Shown in pieces: positions 11,901 to 22,503 of a stretch of DNA of 64,000 bases. Positions within the stretch are counted from its first letter, which is position 1. Every line of letters starts with the position of its first letter. The notes under the pieces are model-generated. The model was not told the origin of the DNA and ran no database searches. It was given only the letters and a program-made list of their open reading frames with translations. The stretch lies in NCBI GenBank assembly GCA_047967505.1, contig CM106538.1, one strand, 5' to 3'. Origin of the DNA: Dipteris shenzhenensis (Eukaryota). The position numbers and the translations under genes were made by a program.

Positions 11901-14900
11901 CCCTGTAGGGCTGAAGTAATGTAGTCTCCAATCATATCCCAAAATGCAATGCAAAAAGAAGGGATAAGGCCATGGGCATTTGCCCTTGTGAAGGGCTGAA
12001 AGTGCAGTCCTGAACTCTGTGTTGGTGAAAGGTGCATCAAGCAAAACATGCATATCTGGTTTCACCAACAAAGGGATGCTTTGCCAAATAACCTGTCTAG
12101 CATCCTCTCTATCCCGTGTCTCAGGATCAGTAGTAAGAAGGGCGGCATAAAAATCTGAAGCTATGCACAAGACATCATCTGGATCTATCTGTAAAACCCC
12201 ATGTGAGTCAATAAGTTGGGATACACTCTCTCTACTATGTCTAGGGCCAAGAGTAGAGCAAAAGTGTTTATTGACTCTTCCACCCATCTGAATCTAGAAG
12301 GACTCCTGTGCATGAAAGGCATACTCTGCTCTCTGATCAAGCAATATATGCTGATGAGCCCTTGCTGCAGCAAGGCGCTCCTAAATCCAAGCATCTGAAG
12401 GCCGTTTCTACTCTTCCCTCTGCAAAGCTACTCCGGTGCATGAAAGGCATACTCTGCTCTCTGATCAAGCTCTCTGATCAAGCAATATATGTTGATGAGC
12501 CCTTGCTGCAGCAAGGCGCTCCTAAATCCAAGCATCTGAAGGCCGTTTCTACTCTTCCTCTGCAAAGCTACTAACTGTTGGCGAACACCAATCTCACGTC
12601 TGAGAATATCTTGTCTCCTGGTACAAGCAATTGAGAGGTAGAAGTCGCTAATACCAGAAAGGGCAGCACCTAAATGTGATGGAAATGGCTGCCCACCCTA
12701 GACATGAGAAACCCATATTTGTAGGGCTGCCTCTGTAAGGTCCTCCTTTGTGTACAAGGCATCTTGAATCCTGATGCTGGCAGACCGGCCTCTCAAGTGA
12801 GGCTCTAAGATAGCCAGCACAACAGGAAAGTTGTCTGAAGTGGAAACCCCAACAGCAATGCATACCGATCCACCTCTGTCCAGTGCCCTCCATGTTAAAG
12901 TTACCTCCAATCACCATGTTAAAGGCCCTCCTGCATATCGATCCACCATGTTAAAGTCACCTCGAATCACCCATGAATCTGCAATGGGGGCCTAGGAGAG
13001 CAAATCCTTCGACATAATGACACGTTCCCCTCTAATGTTGGAGGCATATAGGTTAAGGAAACCAACCTTACGTCCTCTAATCAAGAGAATAATCCATTGA
13101 GCTCTAGAGGGAATAATGACTCCGTGTCCAACAACTAAGGGGAGAACCGATTGCGAAACTAAAATAGAAGTGCCACTCCTGGTGCCCAAGGCAGGCGACT
13201 AAAAAGTATGACCAGAAAGCAACTTGCTTGACTTTGGCACAATCTCTAGAATCTAGTTTGTCCTCTTGAATAAATAAGATATCAATGGAACCCCCAGTAA
13301 CACGTGGATGAAGCTAATCGCGGATCAGTTGTCTACGACGGCGATGTGGGACGCCACCTAGGCCCTGTATGTTCCAACTAATAATATTGATCGACGGGAG
13401 GATGTAGAGTGGAACACCTTAACCGACCTAGTGGCGGAAACAAAACCCTCAACGGGGGAAGACCTCCTGCTCAAAGAGCGAGGAATGGAACCGAGTGGCG
13501 GAAAATCAATAGGGGAAAGAACCCTGCCACCTGAAGAAGTAGCCTTGTCAACAGGAAACCCAATCATTGACTCACCAAAAGTAGAGGGCACAAACTTCTC
13601 CTCTGGGAAATTTGAAGTATCTGCCAGGGCTGAAAATGAGTTTCTGTGAAGCAAGCCAGACACCGGAGTGTGAAGGATCCCTTCTGATCAATAGTGTAAA
13701 CCATCCCCTTCCCCCTATCCAAGGGAGGAAGTCAGGATTGTCTGCCCAGCCGGGGAGACCTCTACTGCCTCAAGGAGTGTCTGGCACCGCTGGGTCTAGG
13801 GGAGAAGTTGCAACCGGGGAGGAGGTCGAAGCTTCAACGTTTCACACTGTGCGAGGTGAGACTGGAGGGATAGCCCGAGGTGAAGCAGAGTCCACTAGTG
13901 TACGCTCGTGAACTAAAAGAGGGATCTTCACACGAACCGGAACCCATTGGAATGCGTCGGGTGTCTTTGAGGTAGATGGTCGTGAGGCAACTGAGGTAGA
14001 AGGTGGCGGTATCAAAGGATCGCTCAGTGGAGGAGCAGTCTGGCGAGTAGGAGCTAAACCACCATGCTGAGGACGACCGCCATGTGGAAGTTGAGGAGCA
14101 GGTGTTGGACCTGTATCACCCCCTTGTCAAGGTTGAGGAGCAGGTGCTGGACTTGTACCACCACCATCCTGAGGAGGACCGCCATGCGGAGGTTGAGGAG
14201 CAGGTGCTGGATCTGTACCACCCATGTGTCGAGCTCGAGGAGCAGGTGCTGGACCTGTACCACCCCCCTGTCGAGGCCGTGGGGCGGTAGCTATTCCAGA
14301 GGGCTTCTTGGGCCTTTTCTTCTTCTTGGGGCAATCCCTGGCAAAGTGTCCAATGGTCCTGCATATCTTGCACTGGTCCTGCTTGCCTGCTTATAATCTC
14401 TCTTTCTGGCGAAAAGAGGAACCATCCGGGCAGTGGATCATAACATGGTCCATCGTGAGGTTAGGATCCTTACAGAGGACCCTAACTCTAGGTACCGCAT
14501 CAGCCTTGGTTGCCTCTGTTGCAGTCAATGGCAACCGAGGGAGGGGTGGGATCTCGGCAACTGTGCCAAAATGATCCCCAATAACAGAAAGAAGTCGATG
14601 GTAAACCTAGGGAAGCTCGGGAAATCTGATGAAGAGCGAAAAGATTTCCTTATTTGCCTCCACTGGGTCGAAACCAATATCAAAGGTGTCAAAGAAGATC
14701 TTCCTGTGTCTGAGGTGTAAAAACTCAACTTTGAGCACAGTGCTCGCAGCCTCTGGAGTGTCAAAAACCACCTGGAAAGAACCTCGTCCCAGAAGACGAA
14801 CATCTAACAATTGTGGAGTGAGGTCTGGGGGGAGAGCCGTAAGCATCCAGTCTCTGGCTTGGGATTTGGAAGGGTGAGACCCGCAGATGCGTGCTAGCAA

Positions 14901-15936
14901 CGTGGTAGAGCATTCAATCTCTACGTCCTTCTTGTGCTGCTGCAACTCGTCTTTAGCAAAAGTAATAGTTTTCGCGGCCGGTGGAGGTGGAGTAGGATTG
15001 GCTGACGGAATATCCATCGCCAATCAAGGTGAGGAGGCCAACTTTGACATTTTTGGGGCTCCTTCCGCTTCAAAAAACGCTGCGGGAGAAGGAAGAGGGG
15101 GGAGACAGGAAGAAGGAAAAAAAGGCGGGGGTAGGGAGCAGGGGGGTAGGAGGGCTGAGGCAGAAGCGGGGGGAGGGAGCAGGGTAGAGTGAGCGGGGGA
15201 GCGACGAAGGGGAAGCGGGCTGAGAGGGAAGGGGGCTCCTTCCGCTCCAAAAAACGTTGCGGGAGAAGGAAGAGGGGGGAGACAAAAAGAAAGAAAAAAA
15301 GGCGGGGATAGGGAGCGGGGTAGAACGAGGGCTGAGGTAGAAGCGGGGGGGGGGAGCAGGGTAGAGTGAGCGGGGGAGCGAGGAAGGGGAAGCGGGCTGA
15401 GAGGGGAGGGGGCAGCTCAGCGGGAGAGGGAAGGAGGAGGTAGAGGAGAGGGAAGTAGAGACGGGGGGTAGAGGCGGGGGTAGGGAGCGGGTAGAGGCGG
15501 GGCAAAGGGGTAGAGGTGGAAGAAGGGTAGGGGGAGGGAGGAGGCGAGGGGAAGGGTAGAGGTGTGGGAGAGGGGAGCGGGGGCAAGGGTAGAGGCAGGG
15601 GTGAGGGGAGCGGGGTAGAGGGAGTAGGGAAGAGGGAGCGGGGTAGAGGCGGAGCGGGCTGAGAGGGGTAGAGGAGCAGCAGGCTGAGAGGGGTAGAGGG
15701 AGCAGGGAGAGGGGGAGCAGGGCAGGGAGGAGTGGGCTGAGAGAGGAGGGGGCGGGCTGAGAGGGAGAGGAGGGGAGGGGGCAGTGGGCTGAGAGGTGAG
15801 GGGGTGGGCTGAGAGGGAGAGAAGGGGGAGGAGGGGAGAGGCTGAGGGTGGGGGAGGGGGAGCGGCTGAGGCAGAGGGAGGGACTGAAGGAGAGGGGGCA
15901 ACAAGGGAGCGGGGAGGAGCAGCCGCTCAAGAAAAT
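8983..15936 (-). mobile_element. L1-like LINE, family A copy 2, near full length (~7 kb), frameshifted
   Basis: Poly(T) 8983-8992; 14-bp TSD TAGTGAACTTTTTT at 8975-8988 and 15937-15950. ORF1 ~15017-13360 with CKICRTIGHFARDC knuckle; APE ~13350-12800; RT 12050-10950 (LLDFEKVYDRVDW, HGCPLAP, SELADDT); zf-RVT CPCC..TIQHCLWNC. Confidence 0.95.
12308..12573. repeat. ~128-bp tandem duplication inside family A ORF2
   Basis: GTGCATGAAAGGCATACTCTG...CTGCAAAGCTACT occurs twice in succession. Confidence 0.9.
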
Positions 15937-16828
15937 TAGTGAACTTTTTTGACATAGCAACCACCCAAGGTTTTAGTCAACCAGTTACCAACATTTGCAG
16001 CAGCAGGCATACGTCCTGGAGAAAAGATAATGACAGCATGCTTGGCATATTCTTTGACTGGATCAAAAATATCATCCACTTCCACCATGATGCCTGTGGT
16101 GGGAACTGGATCTTTCCAACTTTTTCTAGTATCTTCAAAACATTCGTGCATCACCTCATATACAAGCTGAGCCTCTGCAGAGGCACGATAGGGGTCATCC
16201 TGACCCATGACTTGCTTTTGCTTTTTGCTTTGGACTGATCTTTCTTTTTGAAACATCTTTTCATATGGACAGTCTGCCATTTTTCTGAATAGGAGAAGAG
16301 GTAAAGAAACTGAAATATGTATAGAGTAAGTAAAGAAGAAAGAGTCTCACACACACTACAGAAAAGTATAGGATAGGAACAGGAAGTAGAAAGAAAGAAT
16401 TACAGATATGAAAGGGAATAGAATCAAAAACAGAGAGAGAGGGTAGAAAAAACGAGCAGCCAAGGAACAGAGAAAGGAAGGGCTTCTGTACAGCCAAACC
16501 CAACTTGCAAAAGGACGTGACGGGAGACTTGAAGAAAACGCCAAGCTAGCAGAAGGGTGCAACAGGAGCATGCAGAAATCAGCGCAAAAAAGCATGACTA
16601 CCAGGACTGCTGTACGGAGGGTCGTACAGCCTGTACGGACAACTGTACGTTTTGTATGGATACAAACTGGGGACACGGACTGCAGCAGAGGTGCAACTAC
16701 CAAGAACTTCTGTACGGAGGGCCGTACAGCCTGTACGGATACCTGTACGTTCTGTACGGTTGCAGGAGCAGGGTCGCGGACTGCAACAGAGCTGGAAGGG
16801 AGGCCGAGAAAAAAAACAGGAGCCTATC

Positions 16829-16845
16829 CACACACACACACACCC

Positions 16846-16884
<39 letters not shown>

Positions 16885-16905
16885 ACCACACACTCTCACA
16901 TACAC
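16829..16905. repeat. Compound (CA)n/(TC)n microsatellite
   Basis: (CA)7, C-run, (TC)6, (AC)13, degenerate CA. Confidence 0.97.
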
Positions 16906-17460
16906 TTTTTTTTGGTAAAATCCAGTGCAGTGTATTTATATTGTCATAACTTTACAAGAGGGAAAGTCTCCAAGATGGAGAGTATTCCACAGATCAGAAG
17001 CATAAAAAGAAAAGCTCAATGCAAGATGCATGTATATCACCCTCATGGCAGGCATCATATAAAGATTGCCGCAATGAGGCTCTAAAAGATTCATATGACT
17101 TTTGAAACTGACGGCCCAAGTATGCCAGATTATGCTCTTCCCAGATTGTCCAAAGAGCCCAATATCTCACCCATGAGAAAAAGAGTGAGTATCGAGATAA
17201 AGGTGTCCTAAATCTGCCAAATAACCAAAAATGTTTCCCAAATATGTGACTCGGGAAACGGAGGCGAAGATGATCTGAAATTTTCCCCAGGAGGTTCCGA
17301 GTAGACTGGCAATGCCAAAGCAAATGAGGGACAGTCTATGAAGGAGCATGACACCGTAAGCAAGTGGGTGAAGCAATGTGACGTTTGGCAAGTGTGATTC
17401 CCACTGACAGTGTGCCGGTCATGAAAAAGTCTTTGTTTCAAAGGCATTTTACACCTCCAT
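16906..17460 (-). mobile_element. L1/Tx1-like family B copy 2, 5'-truncated (~555 bp), degenerate
   Basis: T8-GGTAAAATCC terminus identical to copy 3. WRCKMPLKQRLF and DHLRLRFPSHIFGKHFWLFG match the copy 3 C-terminus. Flanked by (AC)n on both sides. Confidence 0.9.
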
Positions 17461-17472
17461 ACACACACACAC

Positions 17473-20320
17473 TTTTTTTTTGGTAAAATCCATTGTATTT
17501 ATATGCTCATAAATTTACAATATGGGAGGTCTCCCACACACTAGCAAAGAACTCCGAAAGAGAGCCCAATAGAAGAACTCAAAAACAAGTAGAGAACACT
17601 TCAAGGCAAGTAGCATCCAAATCCCTTGCAGCAATACTGTCATGTAAAGACTGCTTAAGGGACATTCTGAAGAAAATATATGCCTGAGGAAACTGTTGAC
17701 CCATCCTAGAGTGCAGTCTCTGTGTCCAGATGGTCCATAATACCCAAAAGCGAGTCCAATGAAAGAAAAGGAGTAAAGGAGACATCTGAGATGAGCAGCA
17801 TCCAAACATCCAGAAAAGTTTCCCAAATCTGATAGAAGGGAACCGAAGCCGCAGTAAATGAGAAACCTGAGTGATCAATGTGCGAGAGTGCGGGCAAAAC
17901 CATAATAAGTGAGGAACTGTCTCGCGGGGATGAGAGCAACGGGGGCAGAAAGGAGAAGCAATGCGGCGAGCTGCCAATTTCACCCCAATGGAAAAGGCTC
18001 CCACTATACATCTCCAAAAGAAAAGCCTCTGTTTCAATGGCAATTTGGTTTTCCAGATTTTCATGAGACGGGATTGCCACCAAGATAAAGGCCTATCCAA
18101 ATTCCAAAGAGTGTTGGCATGCTTGTCAATCCATGGCTGTGGAAGAAGAAATCTGTAAACCTTCGAGGCAGTCAGATTGTGTATCGAAAGTGTATATGCA
18201 GCAGGAGGTATGGAAGTCAAATTCCAGTCCATTAATCTGTCCTGTGCAAACAGTGGAGGAACCGGAACAAATGGCTGCATCATAATTGAAAGTGTTCTCC
18301 AAATGGATCTATGATGCAGACCCAAGGAAAATGTCCTGCAAGCTTGTGGAAATGAAAGTGTATAGCCTTGTTGATCCACAACATCACCAACAAATCTTAT
18401 GCCCAATTTCATGAGATTATATGCTTTGATAGGTGCCTGTAAAGCGAGAGGCGATGCAAACACCTTGCTCCAATGGATGCTTTCCAATCGAAAGGAGTTG
18501 CCATGACGAGAGGAAGCACCTGTCCATTTTGCATATGAAAGAATTCTCTTCCAATCATGAATAAAAGCAGTAGAAACAGGGCAACCAGGAATTTTTCCCT
18601 GAAAATTAGACAAAACTGCTTCCCAGTGATCTGTAATCCAATGCCCATATGCATGGGAAGCCATGTTTCCACACATAGCTGCTAACATAATAGCCCATGG
18701 TTGGTTTTGCTGAAAAAAATCAGCAATCATAGTGCTCTTTCTTGCCAACATATGAACCTGGAGATTGAGAATATTCAGCCCCCCATGAGTCTTGGGTGAA
18801 CAAATAGACAGCATAGGTAGTAGTCTCAAAGCTTTTTTAAGAGATTTACTTTTCCAAAATATCTCCATAGCTTGGGACATATAAGAAGCCAAATGCTTGA
18901 AAGACCAAGGAAGAAGAGGCAGATAAAATTGCACATATGCCATAATGATGGACTGTACTATCCGGAGTCGAACATGTAGAGGCCAAGTGGACAAATGCCA
19001 GTATTCCAGCTTCTTATTGATCTTTTGAAGCACCCATTTGAGCTGTTGTTGCGGAGTAATATTCCAGCCAATGGGGTATCCGAGATGTCTGACAATAGTA
19101 AAGGAAGAGATAATGTGGCCTGGCCAAAACAGTGCATGCCAATCAGCTTCTTTCAAAGCTAGAAGTTTTGATTTCTGAAAATTGATATGCAGTCCAGCAG
19201 CTATACCAAAGTCATTCAGTGTATGCATCAAACAAGAAAGATCACTTTGAGAATTCCTTGGCATGAAGAATGAATCATCAGCATAGGCCTGTGCAAGAAA
19301 AGACTTTGCCCCTGGAATTTGCAAACCATGAAGCTGTCCTGTATCTGCCAGATAGTCCATATGCAAGAGTAACGGATGGGTAGCAATGGCATACAGTAAG
19401 GAGCTGAAAGGGCAACCCTGTCTCACTGAGCGAGTCATAGTCCAGGTTCTTGACAACCCACCACCAAGCAAGCACTGTGCAGTGGCATGAGAATAAAGCC
19501 AGTAAATGATGTGGACAAGTCGAGAGCCAAATCCCAATTTTTGCATAGTTTGAGAGATGAAATCCCAATGGACAGTATCAAAAGCTTTCGCAATGTCTAC
19601 TTGCAGAATGAGAACATCTTGTTTAGAATATTTAGCATACTCAATCGCAAGCAAGGCGTTGGAGATATTGTCAGTGATCTGCCTCCTGGGGACAAACCCA
19701 TACTGCCTAGGATGAAGTCCTGCTTGCAATAGGAAGCGAACCCTGAGGACAATCATTTTAGCAATGAGTTTGTAAATGACAGGCATGAGGGAAATAGGCC
19801 GCCAATCAGCCATCGTCTCACACAACCTTTTTTTGGGAATCAATTTTACAAGGCCATGTTTCCAGGATGGAGGTAGAGATTGTTCTGCCCAAGCATGATT
19901 GATCATTAGAAGGAGAGTAATCTTGAGATCACCCCAAAATGCACGGAAGAATTCAACAGTCAGTCCATCCCAACCAGGGGAGCTGCTTTTGCGTAGATGA
20001 CTCAAAGCATCTTCCAGTTCACTAAGCATAAAAGGCTGCTCCAATGTAAGGGCCTGTTCCCGAGATACTATGGGCTGAACATGCATAAGAAATTGAGACC
20101 TGGCTGCATTTACTTGCATCAAATGATCAGGTGGAGAAGAAAGGAGCTGCTGAAAGTGACTAAAACATTGCAATTCCAGGTCTGATTTGGAAGTGGTCCA
20201 GGTGCCATCAGCTTTCTTGATCCTGCAAATATCCTCCTTTCGCCTATCCGCATGGAGACTTTTAAAAAAGGCTTTGGAGGAGCAGCCCTTATCCAAAAGG
20301 GGTTTCATACGAGCTCGGAT

Positions 20321-20321
<1 letters not shown>
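17473..20321 (-). mobile_element. L1/Tx1-like family B copy 3, 5'-truncated, probably young
   Basis: T9-GGTAAAATCC terminus; (AC)6 at 17461-17472 and (CA)~20 from 20322; uninterrupted ORF. Confidence 0.95.
17579..20321 (-). CDS. 5'-truncated LINE ORF2: reverse transcriptase plus zf-RVT (~914 open codons, no endonuclease, no RNase H seen)
   Basis: SPGWDGLTVEFF, WRPISLMP, QYGFVPRR, QVDIAKAFD, VRQGCP, QAYADD, RHLGYP, CPRCSHPRETVPHLLWFC; no stop codons. Confidence 0.93.
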
Positions 20322-20369
<48 letters not shown>

Positions 20370-20378
20370 CACACTCAC
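20322..20378. repeat. (CA)n microsatellite
   Basis: About 20 perfect CA units, then degenerate CTCACA units. Confidence 0.97.
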
Positions 20379-20399
20379 CCATGGAGAGGGGCATATGGA

Positions 20400-20937
20400 C
20401 ATAATTGACATGCAGGAGGTTGAGACGGAGGAGCACTTCATCTTCAGGTGCCCTGTTTACTACGAGATTCAAGGGCGTTTCTATGGCCTCTTTAGAGATA
20501 GCTTTGGGGTTTTGTGTTGATTGCTCTCCTACCCAGACCATAGATGTTTGGCGGGAGGTAGTTAGGCATCGCGAGAGGATACTTCGATCCCGAAGATAGG
20601 AGCAGACTTCTTCCTTAGCAAATCCTCCTCAGAGCTCTATCACCGAGTTCTTGTTGCCAGGTCACATGGACACCCACGAGACGAGCGTTTACCATGATCG
20701 TGATCCATAGTCAGTGACCCGACAGCTCATACAGCGGGTTGACCACTGATGATGGTGATGATGATGAGATAGATATGTAGTCGACCACTGACATGACAAT
20801 GTTGTACATAATACTATCATTTCGTATTTTTCCATTTTGCATTGGTGTGGATGCTCGTTTAGTAGCCCCACCCTCATTGCTCGTTAGTGCTAGGTTTTTC
20901 ACCGTCTCATAGACCCATCGGTCTTATGAGGACTTTG
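20400..20937 (+). mobile_element. RTE-X-like 3' fragment
   Basis: MQEVETEEHFIFRCPVYYEIQGRFYGLF, PDHRCL, RHRERILR, VTRQLIQRVD; (GAT)n run; 3' hairpin shared with 644-674. Confidence 0.75.
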
Positions 20938-21015
20938 AGGGATCAATGTTGGCCGATCTGATGATACAGATACTGTTGTATGCATCTGACATATTCCTTT
21001 ATCTTCCTCAGCAAC

Positions 21016-22503
21016 GAGGCAGTCAATAGAGCGAGCGAGAAAGAGCGAGCAAGCCCAAAAAAGCGAGCGACAATTAGTTGAAGTGATTGGAAAATCAAGC
21101 AAGCAAAGAAAGAATCTAAGTTTTTTATAAAATAATTGCTTGAAGTATAAAGTATTCAAAAGAGTGGTTATGTGTCACATTTCTTGAAATTGAGTAGTCT
21201 AAAGTTAAGGACTATTGTAACATGACTCCATTTGGGTTTGGGAATTATCTTGGGGGCTCACTCATAAACATGTAACATACCACTTTTGTGCATTGAGGGG
21301 TATCTTTTAGTGGGGGGACTTACATGTTGTTTGTGTGCATGAGGGGATTCATAAAATAGCAACTTAATGTAATTTATATATGTAGATATTTTAAAATGTA
21401 AACACATACATAGGTTCAACCATTTACATGACAAAATGTAAATTGCAAGAATAGGGGTAATTTTTAATACATGCTTGCTTGCACATGCTTTATGGGTTTA
21501 TGAAGAGTGATCCCCAGAGTGCAATTAAAAGGTAGAGGATTTTAAAATTGGGTTTTTCTTTTGCCAAAATAGACAGTGTCTTCTCGCTTCCCATTATGGG
21601 AAACCTTGCTTTAAACTTGGTGCAAAAAATTGGACAGAATTTCACAAAATTCATATTCTGATGCACACAATTTTTTTAGATGGTGCAAAAAGGCATGATA
21701 TTGATCTAAATCATGCCTTGTCATTTGATTTGATATGTAACATTATGCCATTTATATTTGACAATAAAAAGATATAGGGATGTAAAAACTCATCTTTTGG
21801 GTCAAAAAAATCATATGTTGACATCTTGCAAAAATACAGGGATATGCGCTCCCTGTTTTGGCCCAAAAGAGGACATTTTCACATCCTTGTATCTTTTGAT
21901 TTACAAGTCCAAATAGGGTCATGTTACATATCAAATCAAATGGCAAGGTGTACTTTAGATGATTATCATGTCTTTGTGCACCATCTAGTAAAATTTAATG
22001 CACCAAAATATGAATTTGTGGTTAATTTGTTGCATTGGTTAGATTAGTGGGAGGTAAGAATAAATCATTAGGGAAGGATATTTTTCCAGTAACAAAGAAA
22101 CATGGGTTTCATTCCAAGAGTGAATAGAGTTTAAAAAGATGCATGGAATCTAGACTAATCCATGCAATGAGTCCTTGGAAACACCCCACATGTGTGGAAG
22201 GTTGCATTGATGATCTCAATTACTCTAGTGGAAAGAGAGAACTTGATTGCGGTTACTATAGGGTTTGTCTTTAATACAAACAATGAATTGGAAATTGAAC
22301 ATACAAACTATCTCATGGATGATGTGAAATTAGTGTTAGTGGCTCAAAAAGTTATATGCATATTTAACCTTCTAGCATTGAGGAAACATATGGACTTTTG
22401 AATAAGTTATTATTTTTTGCTACTGAAATGGGGGATTTATAAATTTTTATTGCTCGCTTTTTTTGGCTCGCTCGCTTTTTGTAGCTCGCCTTTGGTAATC
22501 CTT
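21016..22503. mobile_element. Non-autonomous DNA transposon (~1.49 kb; hAT- or MULE-like)
   Basis: Direct repeat CTCAGCAAC (21007-21015, 22504-22512). Subterminal AGCGAGC arrays at the left end are mirrored by GCTCGCT arrays at the right. AT-rich non-coding interior; the host RT reading joins across it. Confidence 0.8.
21642..22020. repeat. Long imperfect inverted repeat (foldback, arms ~165 bp)
   Basis: CCTTGTCATTTGATTTGATATGTAACAT versus ATGTTACATATCAAATCAAATGGCAAGG; complementarity extends both outward and inward. Confidence 0.85.

Larger units (their letters stand above)
6400..16828 (-). mobile_element. L1/Tx1-like LINE, family B copy 1 (5' part apparently full length, 3' truncated, interrupted by two inserts)
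   Basis: ORF1 starts 16280 and continues across the family A insertion (CYVKKVH|YAARVFF) to PLWVEV and CFECKKFGHMASQC (8342-8975). APE N-terminus (CVTSNVQGL..PDIVGLQEHN) at ~7870-8040. RT 6400-7557 (WRPITLMP, QVDIAKAFD, QAYADD) is clearly homologous to the 17579-20321 ORF. The putative 5' UTR runs to the (CA)n tract; this 5' boundary is inferred. Confidence 0.82.

Noticed and set aside
14084-14290. CRISPR-like repeat/spacer look; EVEEQVLDLYHP repeat protein on +
   Set aside because: The spacers are related to each other, the context is eukaryotic, and the repeats lie in frame in the minus-strand ORF1.
20322-20362. MCVCVCV N-terminus of the 927-aa ORF
   Set aside because: Read-through of the (TG)n microsatellite from an alternative start codon; not part of ORF2.
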